Positions 27,961 to 38,406 of a stretch of DNA of 64,000 nt are shown here, one piece after another; position 1 is the first letter of the stretch; the number at the start of each line of letters is the position of its first letter. The notes beneath the pieces are model-generated. The model ran no database searches and was not told the DNA's origin. It saw only the letters and a program-made list of their open reading frames with translations. The position numbers and the translations under genes were made by a program. This DNA is from Kutzneria sp. (lineage in GTDB: Bacteria > Actinomycetota > Actinomycetes > Mycobacteriales > Pseudonocardiaceae): positions 29,073-93,072 of the forward strand of contig DASWRQ010000080.1 in assembly GCA_036403095.1 (NCBI GenBank), in the 5' to 3' direction.

Positions 27961-28773
27961 TCACGGTGTGCGCCAGTCGTCGCTGGTCAGGTGGGAACCG
28001 GCCTGCGGACCCATCTGGAGCATGCCGCCGTCGACCACCAGTGAGGAGCCGGTGATGTAGCCCGCCGCGGGGGTGGCGAGAAACGCCACCGCGGCCGCGA
28101 CCTCCTTGGCCGCGCCCGGTCGGCCGAGCGGGATGCCCGGGCGGCGCTCGGTGTGCGGGTCCACGTCCTCCTGGCCGGTCATCGGCGTGGAGATCTCGCC
28201 CGGCGCCACCGCGTTGACGGTGATGCCGTGCTCCGCCAGCTCCAGCGCGAGGACCCGGGTCAGCATGCCGGCCCCGGCCTTGGCCGCGCAGTACGGTCCG
28301 GCCCCGACCCGTGGCGCGTGCTCGTGCACGCTGGTGATGGTGATGATCCGGCCGCCCCGGCCGCCCTCGATCATGTGCCTGGCCGCCCGCTGCGAGCAGA
28401 CGAAGACCCCGTCCAGGTCCACCGCCAGCACCTCGCGCCACTTGTCGAAGTCCAGGTCCATGACGCGTTCGTGGGTGCCCGTGCCCGAGCAGTTGACCAG
28501 CACGTCGATGCCGCCGAGCTCGTCGGCGAGCTCGTCGACCACCGCGCCGGCGGTCGGCAGGTCGGTGAGGTCCAGGTGCCGGACCGCGACCTGGACGCCC
28601 TGCTCGCGGGCCTCCCGGGCGGTCTGCTCGGCGCCGTCCTTGTCGCGGTTGTAGGTGATGCCGACGTCGACGCCGCCACCGGCCAGCGCGACCGCGACGG
28701 CGCGGCCGATGCCGGAGTCGGAGCCGGTGACGACGGCGGTCAGCGGGCGTGCTTCGCGTTCGCTTGCAGTCAT
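27961..28773 (-). CDS. SDR-family oxidoreductase
   Basis: TGSDSGIG, YCAAK, NAVAPG. Confidence 0.92.
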   Translation of the reverse strand: MTASEREARPLTAVVTGSDSGIGRAVAVALAGGGVDVGITYNRDKDGAEQTAREAREQGVQVAVRHLDLTDLPTAGAVVDELADELGGIDVLVNCSGTGTHERVMDLDFDKWREVLAVDLDGVFVCSQRAARHMIEGGRGGRIITITSVHEHAPRVGAGPYCAAKAGAGMLTRVLALELAEHGITVNAVAPGEISTPMTGQEDVDPHTERRPGIPLGRPGAAKEVAAAVAFLATPAAGYITGSSLVVDGGMLQMGPQAGSHLTSDDWRTP

Positions 28774-28782
28774 GACCCTGGC

Positions 28783-28832
28783 GTACCCGGCGCGGGCCGG
28801 GCTATGCGTTTGACGCCGTCGCGGGTGGGCAA
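28783..28832. promoter_or_regulatory. Back-to-back SigB/SigF-type promoters (SDR / membrane protein-katE)
   Basis: Minus GCAT-N15-GGGTAC; plus GTTT-N15-GGGCAA. Confidence 0.6.
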
Positions 28833-28878
28833 TTCGGAAGCGACAACTCGGGAAGCGAGCAGGGAGGGTGCGTCCGCG

Positions 28879-29352
28879 GTGCCGACACGACACGCCATCA
28901 TCGACCCGATCGCCAACGGCTCGAACGACCTCGCCTTTCGGCGCGGCCGCTGGATTCTCGTCGGGCAGGGGGTCGTGTTCGCGCTGGCCGGCGGTTGGGC
29001 GCTGGCCATGGCGCTCATGGGCGGCGGGTACGTGTCCGTGGCCGGCGTGCACGTGCCGGCGGTGCAGGCGGGCGTCATCGCGGCGACCGGGCTGGTGTCG
29101 TTGGCCTGTGCGCTGCGCCGTCGCGCGGCCGCGCTGCTGTCCGGCGTGCAGGCGTCGCTGTTCTGGGTCCTGTTCGTGGTTTCGGCCGCGGTGCGCGACT
29201 CCGGCCCGTGGCAGGCGCTGTTCGGCTACGACGCCGGGGGCTCGCTGGCCTATCTGGCCGTCGCGGTGCTGGGACTGGTGTTGGTGCTGTGGCTGTTCCC
29301 GCGGGCCCTGAGCGACCCGGACTGGCCGTCCAGCGTGATGCGCCGCGACTGA
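28879..29352 (+). CDS. Hypothetical four-TM membrane protein
   Basis: RBS ggaggg then GTG; four hydrophobic segments. Confidence 0.65.
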   Translation: MPTRHAIIDPIANGSNDLAFRRGRWILVGQGVVFALAGGWALAMALMGGGYVSVAGVHVPAVQAGVIAATGLVSLACALRRRAAALLSGVQASLFWVLFVVSAAVRDSGPWQALFGYDAGGSLAYLAVAVLGLVLVLWLFPRALSDPDWPSSVMRRD

Positions 29353-29369
29353 GCGATCAAGGGAGCCTG

Positions 29370-31511
29370 ATGAGCGAGACCAACGGCCGTGAGGACGACA
29401 AGCAGCGTCAGTTGGACGCGCACCGGATCGACCCGGCGGACACCCGGCTCACCACCGAGCAGGGCGTGCGGATCGGCGCCGACACCGATTCGCACGACGA
29501 CAACTCGCTGCGGGCCGGGGAGCGCGGGCCGACGCTGTTGGAGGACTTCCACTTCCGGGAGAAGCTCACCCACTTCGACCATGAGCGGATCCCGGAGCGG
29601 GTGGTGCACGCGCGTGGGGCCGGCGCGTACGGGTATTTCGAGCCGTACGACGACAGCCTCGCCGAGTTCACGGCGGCGCAGTTCCTGACCGACCCGTCCG
29701 TGCGGACCCCGGTGTTCGTGCGATTCTCCACGGTCGCCGGCTCCCGCGGCTCGGCCGACACCGTACGGGACGTGCGTGGTTTCGCGACGAAGTTCTACAC
29801 CGCGCAGGGAAACTACGACCTGGTCGGCAACAACATGCCGGTGTTCTTCATCCAGGACGGGATCAAGTTCCCCGACTTCGTGCACGCGGTGAAGCCGGAG
29901 CCGCACAACGAGATCCCGCAGGCCCAGTCGGCGCACGACACGCTGTGGGACTTCGTCGCGCGCCAGCCCGAGACCATGCACATGATGATGTGGCTGATGT
30001 CCGACCGGGCGCTGCCGCGCAGCTACCGGATGATGCAGGGTTTCGGGGTGCACACGTTCCGGTTGGTGGCCGCGGACGGGCGCGGCACCTTCGTGAAGTT
30101 CCACTGGACGCCGAAGCTGGGCACGCACTCGCTGGTGTGGGAGGAGACGCAGCAGATCGCCGGCAAGGACCCGGACTTCAACCGCCGGGACCTGTGGGAG
30201 GCCATCGAGTCGGGCGACTTCCCGGAGTGGGAGCTGGGGGTGCAGCTGGTGCCCGAGCAGGACGAGCACCGGTTCGACTTCGACCTGCTGGACGCCACCA
30301 AGATCATTCCCGAGGAGCTGGTGCCGGTCCGGCCGGTGGGGCGGATGGTGCTGGACCGCAACCCGGACAACTTCTTCGCCGAGACCGAGCAGGTCGCCTT
30401 CCACACGGCCAACGTGGTGCCGGGCATCGACTTCACCAACGACCCGCTGCTGCAGGCGCGCAACTTCTCGTACCTGGACACGCAGCTGATCCGGCTCGGC
30501 GGCCCGAACTTCGGGCACCTGCCGGTGAACCGCCCGGTCGTGCCGGTGCGGCACAACCAACGTGACGGGTACTCGCAACACCGGATCCACAAGGGACGGA
30601 CCAGCTACACCGAGAACACGCTGTCGGGCGGCTGCCCGGTCGCCGAGGGCGATTTCCCCGAGGTGTTCGCGCACTACCAGGAGAAGGTCGACGGGGCCAA
30701 GATCCGCAAGCGGTCGGCGAGCTTCCAGGACCACTACTCCCAGGCCACGCTGTTCTGGAACAGCATGACCGACGTCGAGAAGGACCACATCGTCGCCGCG
30801 TTCCGGTTCGAGCTGGGCAAGGTGGAGACCAAGGAGATCCGCGCGGACGTCGTCGCCCACCTGGACAAGGTGGACCGTGAGCTGGCCACCCGGGTCGCCG
30901 CCGGCGTCGGCGTCCAGGCGCCGACCGGCGAGACGCCGGCCAACCACGGACAGAGCTCGCCGGCGCTGAGCCAGGTCGTCCGGGCCGCGGAGGCGGACTT
31001 CGGCATAGCCACCCGCCGCGTCGCCGTGCTCGTCGCCGGCGGCGTGGACGGCGTCGGGACCACCAAGCTGGCCGAGGCGCTGCGCGCCCAGGGGGCGGTG
31101 GTGGAGCTGCTGGCGCCGACCGACGGGCTGGTCCGCAGCGCCGACGGCGAGGACGTGCTGGCCGACCGGGCCATGAGCACCATGGCCTCGGTCCTGTACG
31201 ACGCCGTGGTGGTGCCGTGCGGCCCGGAGAGCACGCAGACCCTGTCCGCCGACGGCTATGCCGTGCACTTCGTCGCCGAGGCCTACCGGCACGCCAAGCC
31301 GGTGGCCGCGTTCGGGGCGGGCATCGATCTCCTGCGGGCCGCCCGCATCGAGGCCCACCTCGCCGATGGCGACTCGATCGTCATCGACCAGGGCGTCGTC
31401 ACCACGACCCGGGCCGCGGACGACCTGCCGGACGACTTCGCCGAGGCGGTGGCCGCCCTGCTTGCCGGACACCGGATCTGGACTCGCGAGACGAGCGGCA
31501 TCCCGGCCTGA
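29370..31511 (+). CDS. katE: Large-subunit haem catalase (HPII type, C-terminal DJ-1-like domain)
   Basis: [44 protein letters not shown]. Confidence 0.95.
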   Translation: MSETNGREDDKQRQLDAHRIDPADTRLTTEQGVRIGADTDSHDDNSLRAGERGPTLLEDFHFREKLTHFDHERIPERVVHARGAGAYGYFEPYDDSLAEFTAAQFLTDPSVRTPVFVRFSTVAGSRGSADTVRDVRGFATKFYTAQGNYDLVGNNMPVFFIQDGIKFPDFVHAVKPEPHNEIPQAQSAHDTLWDFVARQPETMHMMMWLMSDRALPRSYRMMQGFGVHTFRLVAADGRGTFVKFHWTPKLGTHSLVWEETQQIAGKDPDFNRRDLWEAIESGDFPEWELGVQLVPEQDEHRFDFDLLDATKIIPEELVPVRPVGRMVLDRNPDNFFAETEQVAFHTANVVPGIDFTNDPLLQARNFSYLDTQLIRLGGPNFGHLPVNRPVVPVRHNQRDGYSQHRIHKGRTSYTENTLSGGCPVAEGDFPEVFAHYQEKVDGAKIRKRSASFQDHYSQATLFWNSMTDVEKDHIVAAFRFELGKVETKEIRADVVAHLDKVDRELATRVAAGVGVQAPTGETPANHGQSSPALSQVVRAAEADFGIATRRVAVLVAGGVDGVGTTKLAEALRAQGAVVELLAPTDGLVRSADGEDVLADRAMSTMASVLYDAVVVPCGPESTQTLSADGYAVHFVAEAYRHAKPVAAFGAGIDLLRAARIEAHLADGDSIVIDQGVVTTTRAADDLPDDFAEAVAALLAGHRIWTRETSGIPA

Positions 31512-31535
31512 CGTGTGCGGGCCTGACGAGTGCGG
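31506..31535. repeat. 15-bp tandem duplication spanning the katE stop codon
   Basis: gcctgacgtgtgcgg followed by gcctgacgagtgcgg. Confidence 0.75.
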
Positions 31536-31565
31536 GGCAGCCGCCCGGCTGCCCCGCACCTGCGG

Positions 31566-31994
31566 TCACGACCTGGCCTTGGCGGTCTTGCGGTCGTTGG
31601 CCTTCTCGATCGCCTTCACCAGCTGCTGCTTGGTCATCGTGGACCGTCCCGCCACGTCCAGCTTCTTGGCCACCTCGTACAGGTGGCTCTTGCTGGCGTT
31701 CGCGTCCACACCGCCGGCGGTCTTCTTCGCCTTGGCGCGATTGCCCTGTGTCGCCTGCTGGGCCGCCTGCTGGGCCGCCTGCGGATCGGACGGCCCCTTG
31801 TTCTTCTTGGCCTCCCAGTGGTCGCCGACCTTCTCGAAGCCGTGCTTGAGCGCGGCGAACGCGGTCTGGTGCGAGCGCCGGCCCTCGCCGTACTCCTCGA
31901 CGGCCGAGTCGTGCGCCTTGATCCACGTGCGCTGCGCCTTCTGCGGCGACCGCTTGAGGGTGCTGGGCAGTTCCTTCGCCCCGGGCATGGCCAT
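31566..31994 (-). CDS. ChaB-family protein with C-terminal Rho-N-like motif
   Basis: ELPSTLKRSPQKAQRTWIKAHDSA...FEKVGDHWE...GRSTMTKQQL. Confidence 0.88.
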   Translation of the reverse strand: MAMPGAKELPSTLKRSPQKAQRTWIKAHDSAVEEYGEGRRSHQTAFAALKHGFEKVGDHWEAKKNKGPSDPQAAQQAAQQATQGNRAKAKKTAGGVDANASKSHLYEVAKKLDVAGRSTMTKQQLVKAIEKANDRKTAKARS

Positions 31995-32026
31995 CACTCT
32001 CCCATGTCGACTTCGTACGACCTGGG

Positions 32027-32082
32027 GTACCTCGTCGGCGGCCGGTCGAAAACCGTCGTTTGTCCCCGATGGGCCGGGGTAT
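32027..32082. promoter_or_regulatory. Back-to-back SigB/SigF-type promoters (ChaB / hemerythrin)
   Basis: Plus GTTT-N15-GGGTAT; minus GTTT-N17-AGGTAC. Confidence 0.65.
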
Positions 32083-32124
32083 CCGTGGGTGTCTCGTCTT
32101 ACCCGTGCCAGGAGGAGTGAGCCC

Positions 32125-32598
32125 GTGTCGACCGATGCGATCGTGCTGCTGAAGGAAGACCACAAGACCGTCGAGCGGCTGTTCAAGAAATTCGAGCAGG
32201 CCGACGACGAGGCGTTCGCCACGAAACGCGAACTGGTCGACTCCATCATCAGGGAACTGACCACGCACGCCTACATCGAGGAGACCATCTTCTATCCCGA
32301 GGCCCGCAAGGCGGTGCCGGAGACCGAGGACCACGTGCTGGAGAGCATCGAGGAGCACCACGTGGTGGTGTGGATGCTCTCGGAGCTGGCGAAGCTGGAG
32401 CCGGACGCGGAGAACTTCGACGCCAAGGTGACGGTGCTGATCGAGAACGTCCGCCACCACGTCGAGGAGGAGGAACAGGACTGGTTCCCCGAGGTGCGCA
32501 AGGCGATGGGACGCAAGCAGCTGCAGGAGCTCGGCGCGCGAATGGCCGACGCCAAGCCGGACGCGCCGAGCGACCCGCTGGCGTTGCAGAGCGCCTGA
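32125..32598 (+). CDS. Hemerythrin (HHE) domain protein
   Basis: LKEDHK, HAYIEETIFYP, EEHH, HHVEEEE; RBS aggagga. Confidence 0.9.
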   Translation: MSTDAIVLLKEDHKTVERLFKKFEQADDEAFATKRELVDSIIRELTTHAYIEETIFYPEARKAVPETEDHVLESIEEHHVVVWMLSELAKLEPDAENFDAKVTVLIENVRHHVEEEEQDWFPEVRKAMGRKQLQELGARMADAKPDAPSDPLALQSA

Positions 32599-32609
32599 GG
32601 AAGGCCGTC

Positions 32610-33971
32610 GTGTCCACGGTGTCACCGAGCCGGGCGGTGGCGGGCTTCGACTCCGCCACCGCGATGTTGCGGGCTGTCTCGCTCGCGTTGCGGGGCAAGC
32701 GGTTCACGGTGCTGGGCCAGAGCCGACTGATGTCGGCGCCGCTGCGCCTGTCGAACCTGCTGCCCGAGGGGCTGCGTACCCAGCTGTACCGCATCTCCGG
32801 CGCGGCCGAGGGCGTCACGCCGTCGATGCTGTCGTCGATCGACATGCAGCAGGTGGCGTCCTGGATGACCAGCCACTACGACGACCTGCCGCCGCAGTAC
32901 CCGGGGGTGGTCATCGGGTCCAGCAACGGCGCGATGACGCATCTGTGCGCCGCCGCGGGGATGCCGTGGCTGCCTCAGACGATGCTGGTGCCGGTGCGGT
33001 GGTCCGGCAACGACCCGGACCGGCCGGTGCTGGCCGCGCAGTTCGGCGCCGAGGTCGCCGATCCGTTGCTGGCCAACAACCCGGACGTCGCGCTGCACCA
33101 CATGCATGACGGCAACCAGGACCGGTTGATGATCGACCTCATGACCTACTTCCGGCTCAAGTGGCTGCGGCTGCCCCGGGCGTACGAGGAGTTCCTGGCC
33201 ACCCGCCTGATGCCCGGCGCGCCGATCGTGCTGGTGGACTGCGAACTGTCCTGGCCGGTGACCAGGATCGGCGACCGCCACGTGTTCCAGACGGGCGCGT
33301 ACGGCGGACTTCGCCCGGACGAGTATCTCGGGGGCGGTCCGCGGGTGGCGGAGTTCCTGGCGGAGCAGGGATCGGTGCTGCGGTCGTTCGACGCCCCGGC
33401 GGCCGACGACCACGCGCCGGAGGCGGAATGGGGATTCGAGCCCTCGCTGGGCGTCGACATCGACCGCTGGGCCGCCGCGCACGGCCATCCCGTGCACCGG
33501 ATCAAGTTGACGGATCCACACGAACTGTCCGCCGCGGTGGCCGACATGCACCGGGAGTGGCTGCTGGCCGCGGACCGGCCGGCGGACCGGCTGCTGGTGG
33601 AGTCGTTCGTGATGCTGGACCCGGTCGGCGTCAACCAGGCCGGGCTGGTGCCGTTCTGGACCGCTTTCCCGGTGCGGGACGCGCTACACGCGGTGGCGGC
33701 ATACCTGAGGGAGCGGCGGTACCGGGACGTCGATGTGCTGATGTTCCCGCACGGCGTCCGATCGGCCGGCATCGCCGAGCCGGAGGATTGGCTGCGGCTA
33801 CGCGAATACGGCGCCGCTGTGCGGTTGCCGGCCACGGATACCGCGCGATACCCGGCCGACTTCGCGGCGCTCGCGGCGTACTCGTCGGCCATCCCCCGTG
33901 GTGACGACCGGCTGGTGCGGATCGGCGTGCGGAAGATCCTCGAGCAGTTGGACCACGCCCGTGCCAGCTGA
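32610..33971 (+). CDS. Conserved hypothetical protein (453 aa)
   Basis: GC3-rich frame; VIGSSNGA, WLPQT, HHMHDGNQDR motifs. Confidence 0.75.
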   Translation: MSTVSPSRAVAGFDSATAMLRAVSLALRGKRFTVLGQSRLMSAPLRLSNLLPEGLRTQLYRISGAAEGVTPSMLSSIDMQQVASWMTSHYDDLPPQYPGVVIGSSNGAMTHLCAAAGMPWLPQTMLVPVRWSGNDPDRPVLAAQFGAEVADPLLANNPDVALHHMHDGNQDRLMIDLMTYFRLKWLRLPRAYEEFLATRLMPGAPIVLVDCELSWPVTRIGDRHVFQTGAYGGLRPDEYLGGGPRVAEFLAEQGSVLRSFDAPAADDHAPEAEWGFEPSLGVDIDRWAAAHGHPVHRIKLTDPHELSAAVADMHREWLLAADRPADRLLVESFVMLDPVGVNQAGLVPFWTAFPVRDALHAVAAYLRERRYRDVDVLMFPHGVRSAGIAEPEDWLRLREYGAAVRLPATDTARYPADFAALAAYSSAIPRGDDRLVRIGVRKILEQLDHARAS

Positions 33972-34581
33972 CGTCGTGATCGTGCCGGGGCTGGCCGTGT
34001 CGCGCTATCTGGAGCCGACCGTGCGGTGCATCGAGGCGGCCGGCTCGCGGTGCGAGCTCGTGCGGCTGCCGACCGAGGGGCCGCCGGTGGGGATCCCGGA
34101 GTACGCGGCCGTTGTGGCCGAACGGATCCGTGGCCGCGAGGTTGTGCTGGTGGGCCACTCGTCGGGGACGCAGGTGGCGGCGGCCGTGGCGCGAGAGGCG
34201 CCGGTGACGCGACTGGTGCTCGGCAGCCCGACCGTCGATCCCGCGTACCGGAGCGTGCCGAAGGTGGTGGCGCGGTGGCTCGTCGACGGCGCCCGCGAGC
34301 CGGGATCGCTGGGCCGGCAGGAGTTTCCGGAGTGGGGGAAGGCCGGGCTCCGCCGGATTTCGGCGCTGCTGCGGTCGATGCTCCGGCATCCGTTGGAGGA
34401 CATGGTCGCCGACGTGCGGTGCCCGGTGACCGTGGTGCGGGGAGAGCGGGACCCGCTGTGCACGCCGGCGTGGGTGGCGGAGTTGGGGCGGGGCGGGAAG
34501 GTCATCACCCTGCCGGGGTTGCCGCACGCGTTCCCGTACCTGGATCCGGACGGCTTTGCGCGGATCGTGCTCGGTGGCTGA
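33961..34581 (+). CDS. Alpha/beta hydrolase
   Basis: VPGL, GHSSG nucleophile elbow, RGERDP, PH. Confidence 0.85.
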   Translation: MPADVVIVPGLAVSRYLEPTVRCIEAAGSRCELVRLPTEGPPVGIPEYAAVVAERIRGREVVLVGHSSGTQVAAAVAREAPVTRLVLGSPTVDPAYRSVPKVVARWLVDGAREPGSLGRQEFPEWGKAGLRRISALLRSMLRHPLEDMVADVRCPVTVVRGERDPLCTPAWVAELGRGGKVITLPGLPHAFPYLDPDGFARIVLGG

Positions 34582-34623
34582 CACCGCGTTTGAACGACCA
34601 CCGTCACCGGGCACCTTCCCGGC

Positions 34624-35700
34624 ATGAAGGACAGATCGAGTCTGACGCTCGGCGTCGAGGAGGAGTTCCTGCTGGTCGACGGCAGCGGCCGGCTGGCCGC
34701 GGCCGGGCCGGAGATCTCCGAGCAGGTCGACGACCTGGACGGTCAGGTGGAGCACGAGCTGCGCCGCTGCCAGGTCGAGTCGGCCACCGGCGTCTGCGAC
34801 ACGATCGACGAGGTGGTCAAGGGCCTGCACACCCTGCGCGACCGGCTGGCCGCCAAAGCGGCGGAACAGGACCTGCGGCTGCTGCCCAGCGGCACGGCCC
34901 CGATGGCCGACGACCGCCCGCCCCGCTTCACCCCCGACGTGCGCTACCACCGGATGGCCCGGGAGTTCGGCGGTATCGCCCAGGCTTCGCTGACCTGCGC
35001 CTGTCACGTCCACGTCTCGATACCCGACGCCGCGACGGGGTTGCGGATCAGCAACCACATCCGCCCGTGGCTGCCGGTGCTGCTGGCGCTGACCGCCAAC
35101 TCCCCGTTCCACAACGGCGACGACACCGCCTACGCCAGTTGGCGGCACGTGCTCTGGACCCGGTGGCCCTCCGCCGGGCCACCGCCGCACTTCGACTCGG
35201 TCGACGCGTACGAGTCACGGGTCGACGCCCTGACCGCGGCCGGCGCGGCCATGGACCGCGCCATGCTCTATTGGGACATCAGGCTTTCCGCGCACCAGCC
35301 CACCGTCGAGGTGCGAATCGCCGACGTGCTCCCGACGCCCGTCGAGGCTGCCCTGCTCGCCGCGCTCATCCGCGGCCTGGCCCGTCAGGCGGTCGACTCG
35401 GTGCCCACCGCGACACCGCCGCCCGAGGTCCTGAGGGCGTGGCTGTGGCGCTCGGCCCGGGACGGCCTGACCGGTCACTGTGTGCATCCGCGCACCGGCG
35501 ACCTCGTGCCGGCCTGGCAGCTGGTCAACGAGTTGGTCGCCGGTCTCGACCCGTGGCTCGGTGACGACGCCGAATTCGTGACCCAGACCCTGGCCCGGGT
35601 GCGTGCCTCGGGCAACGGCGCGCAACGCCAGCGCGCCGCCCACGACAAGTCCGACAACCTGGCCGACGTGCTCGACGCCCTGGCCTGGACAACGGGCTGA
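34624..35700 (+). CDS. YbdK/GCS2 carboxylate-amine (glutamate-cysteine) ligase, copy 1
   Basis: GVEEEFLLVD, QVESAT, CACHVHV, ANSP, WDIRLS, TVEVRIAD; promoter GTTT-N17-GGGCAC at 34588-34614. Confidence 0.92.
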   Translation: MKDRSSLTLGVEEEFLLVDGSGRLAAAGPEISEQVDDLDGQVEHELRRCQVESATGVCDTIDEVVKGLHTLRDRLAAKAAEQDLRLLPSGTAPMADDRPPRFTPDVRYHRMAREFGGIAQASLTCACHVHVSIPDAATGLRISNHIRPWLPVLLALTANSPFHNGDDTAYASWRHVLWTRWPSAGPPPHFDSVDAYESRVDALTAAGAAMDRAMLYWDIRLSAHQPTVEVRIADVLPTPVEAALLAALIRGLARQAVDSVPTATPPPEVLRAWLWRSARDGLTGHCVHPRTGDLVPAWQLVNELVAGLDPWLGDDAEFVTQTLARVRASGNGAQRQRAAHDKSDNLADVLDALAWTTG

Positions 35701-35744
35701 CCCGCGTTTGGTTTCCGCTGGTGGCAGCGCGGGAATCCGGGCGC

Positions 35745-37214
35745 ATGGACCACAGCAAGGCGCCGGTGCTCGATGCGCTCGTCGAGTACCACCAGCAGCG
35801 CATCACGCCGTTCAACCCTCCCGGCCACAAGCAGGGGCGCGGGGCGGACCGCCGGGTCGTCGACGTCGTGGGGGAGGGGGTGTTCCGCAGTGACGTGCTC
35901 GGACCGAACGGGCTCGACGACCGGCTGATGCGGCACGGCGTGCTGCAGGAGGCCCAGGAGCTGATGGCCGACGCGGTCGGCGCCGAGCACACGTTCTTCT
36001 CCACGTGCGGCAGCTCGCTGTCGGTCAAGAGCGCGATGCTGGCGGTCGCCGGCCCGCACGAGAAGCTGATCGTGGTGCGGCACGCGCACAAGTCGGTGAT
36101 CTCCGGCCTGATCCTCAGCGGCGTGTCGCCCGTGTGGGTGCATCCGCACTGGGACGGGGAGCGGCACCTGTCGCATCCGCCCGGCCCGGACGAGGTGCGG
36201 GCGGCGTTCGAGGCCGAGCCCGAGGCCAAGGGCATGCTGCTGGTGACGCCGACCGACTACGGCACGTGCGGGGACATCGCGGCCATCGCCGAGGTCTGCC
36301 ACGAGTTCGACCGGCCGCTGATCGTGGACGAGGCGTGGGGCGCGCACCTGCCGTTCCACCCGGACCTGCCGCCGTGGGCCATGGACGCCAACGCCGACCT
36401 GTGCGTGACGAGCGTGCACAAGATGGGCTCGGCGGTCGAGCAGAGCTCGGTTTTCCACCTCCAGGGCGACCGGGTGGACCCCACGGTGCTCAAGGCTCGT
36501 GAGGACCTGCTGGGCACCACCAGCGCCTCGTCGCTGGTGTACGCCACTTTGGACGGTTGGCGGCGGCAGATGGTCGAGGACGGGGAGAAGCTGCTGTCCA
36601 CCGCGCTGGCGCTGGCCCACCGCGTGCGGCGGGAGATCGACGAGCTGCCGGGGCTGCGGGTGATGGGGGAGCGGGAGTTCGTCGGCCCGGACCTGGCGGC
36701 TTCTTTCGATCCGCTCAAGGTGGTCGTCGACCTGTCCGGGCTGGGCATCAGCGGCTACCAGGCGGCGGACTGGCTGCGGGCGCGCAAGCGGGTCACGGTC
36801 GGCCTCTCCGACCACCGGCGGATCGTCGCGATCCTCACCGTCGCCGACGACGACTACACGGCGTCGGTGCTGGTGGAGGCGCTGCGCGAGCTGACGCAGG
36901 CGGCCGAGCGGATGAAGCGCCCGCCGGCCGTCGACCTGCCCTGGCCCGACGAGCTGGAGCTGCGCACGGTGATGCTGCCCCGGGACGCCTTCTTCGGCGA
37001 GACCGAGCAGGTCGACGTGGACAAGGCGGTCGGACGGGTGGCGGCCGAGATGATCAGCCCGTATCCGCCGGGCGCGCCGGCGCTGGTGCCGGGCGAGGTG
37101 ATCACCCGCGAGGTGCTGGACTACCTGCGCAGCGGGCTGAACGCGGGCATGCAGCTGCCCGACCCGGCCGACTCGGACCTGGAATCGGTCCGGGTGGTCA
37201 AGGATCCGGCGTGA
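35745..37214 (+). CDS. PLP-dependent Orn/Lys/Arg decarboxylase family
   Basis: PPGHKQG, HAHKSV, DEAWGAH, SVHK (PLP lysine), SPYPPG; promoter GTTT-N16-GGGAAT at 35711-35736. Confidence 0.92.
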   Translation: MDHSKAPVLDALVEYHQQRITPFNPPGHKQGRGADRRVVDVVGEGVFRSDVLGPNGLDDRLMRHGVLQEAQELMADAVGAEHTFFSTCGSSLSVKSAMLAVAGPHEKLIVVRHAHKSVISGLILSGVSPVWVHPHWDGERHLSHPPGPDEVRAAFEAEPEAKGMLLVTPTDYGTCGDIAAIAEVCHEFDRPLIVDEAWGAHLPFHPDLPPWAMDANADLCVTSVHKMGSAVEQSSVFHLQGDRVDPTVLKAREDLLGTTSASSLVYATLDGWRRQMVEDGEKLLSTALALAHRVRREIDELPGLRVMGEREFVGPDLAASFDPLKVVVDLSGLGISGYQAADWLRARKRVTVGLSDHRRIVAILTVADDDYTASVLVEALRELTQAAERMKRPPAVDLPWPDELELRTVMLPRDAFFGETEQVDVDKAVGRVAAEMISPYPPGAPALVPGEVITREVLDYLRSGLNAGMQLPDPADSDLESVRVVKDPA

Positions 37215-38377
37215 CCGTGCACGAGCGGGTGCGGGAGGCGATCGACCGGCACGCCGACGAGCTGTGGCGGATCAGTCTTCTGCTGCACGACAAGCCGGAA
37301 CTCGCCTTCGAGGAGCACCTGGCCAGCGCCGAGCTGGCCGCCGCCCTCGCGGCGGCGCGGTTCGAGGTGACGCACGGCGTCGCCAGCCTGCCGACGGCCT
37401 TCCGTGCCCAGTGGGGCACCGGTGCGCCGCCGCGGGTGGCGTTGCTGCTGGAGTACGACGCGTTGCCGGGACTCGGGCATGCCTGCGGGCACAACCTCAT
37501 CGCCGCCGCCGGCCTCGGCGCCGCGCTGGCCGTGCGGGACGCGATGCCCGATCTGGCCGGGACGCTGATGGTCGTCGGCACGCCGGCCGAGGAAGGCGGC
37601 GGCGGCAAGGTGCGGGAGCTGAAGGCCGGCGTCTTCGACGGGATCGAGGCCGCGCTGATGTTCCACCCCGGCGTGCACGACTGGCGGTACGCGCCGCTCA
37701 CCGCGCAGATCGAGATCGGCGTCCGGTTTCACGGCCGTGCCGCGCATCCCACCGGCAACCCGACCGAGGGCGTGGACGCGCTCGCCGCCCTCGTGCAGCT
37801 GTTCGGCGCGCTGGCCATGCTGCGCGCGCGGCTGCCGTTGGGGTCGCACGTGCAGGGCATCGTCACGGAGGGCGGGAAGGCCACGAACATCGTGCCCGAC
37901 CTCGCCGAGGGGCGGTTCGGCGTGCGCGGCCTGACGACCGCCGCCCGGGACGACCTGGTGGCGCAGCTGACCGAGTGCGCCCACGGCATCGCCCGGGCCA
38001 CCGGCACCACCGCCGAGGTCTGGCCGGCCAGCGACGGGTACCAGCACGTCCGCGACAACGCCGCCCTGTCCGAGGCGTTCGCCCGCCACCTCGCCGAGTC
38101 CGGCATCACGCTGGCCGAGCCGACGCCGGGCGTCTTCCTCGGCTCCTCGGACATCGGCGACGTCAGCAACACGCTGCCGGCGATCCACCCGTTCGTGGCC
38201 ATCGCGGACGCCGACCAGTCCGACCACACCCCGGAATTCGCCGCGGCGGCCGCGAGTCCACGGGGGCGTGCGGTGATGCTGGCCGCCGCGCGGGCACTGG
38301 CCGACACGGCCGTCGACGTGCTGACGCGGCCCGACCTGCTCGACCGGGCGTGGCGCGACTTCCACGCGGCCGGTTGA
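37211..38377 (+). CDS. M20 family amidohydrolase
   Basis: PELAFEE, EYDALPGLGHACGHN, GTPAEEGGGGK, GSSDIGDVS; GTGA overlap. Confidence 0.92.
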   Translation: MTVHERVREAIDRHADELWRISLLLHDKPELAFEEHLASAELAAALAAARFEVTHGVASLPTAFRAQWGTGAPPRVALLLEYDALPGLGHACGHNLIAAAGLGAALAVRDAMPDLAGTLMVVGTPAEEGGGGKVRELKAGVFDGIEAALMFHPGVHDWRYAPLTAQIEIGVRFHGRAAHPTGNPTEGVDALAALVQLFGALAMLRARLPLGSHVQGIVTEGGKATNIVPDLAEGRFGVRGLTTAARDDLVAQLTECAHGIARATGTTAEVWPASDGYQHVRDNAALSEAFARHLAESGITLAEPTPGVFLGSSDIGDVSNTLPAIHPFVAIADADQSDHTPEFAAAAASPRGRAVMLAAARALADTAVDVLTRPDLLDRAWRDFHAAG

Positions 38378-38406
38378 GCGCGGTGTCCGGCGGGTATTTC
38401 GGCGGG

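Noticed and set aside
34624-35700. Glutathione or ergothioneine biosynthesis
   Set aside because: No gshB or egtB/C/D neighbours; the motifs are YbdK-type and there are three paralogues.
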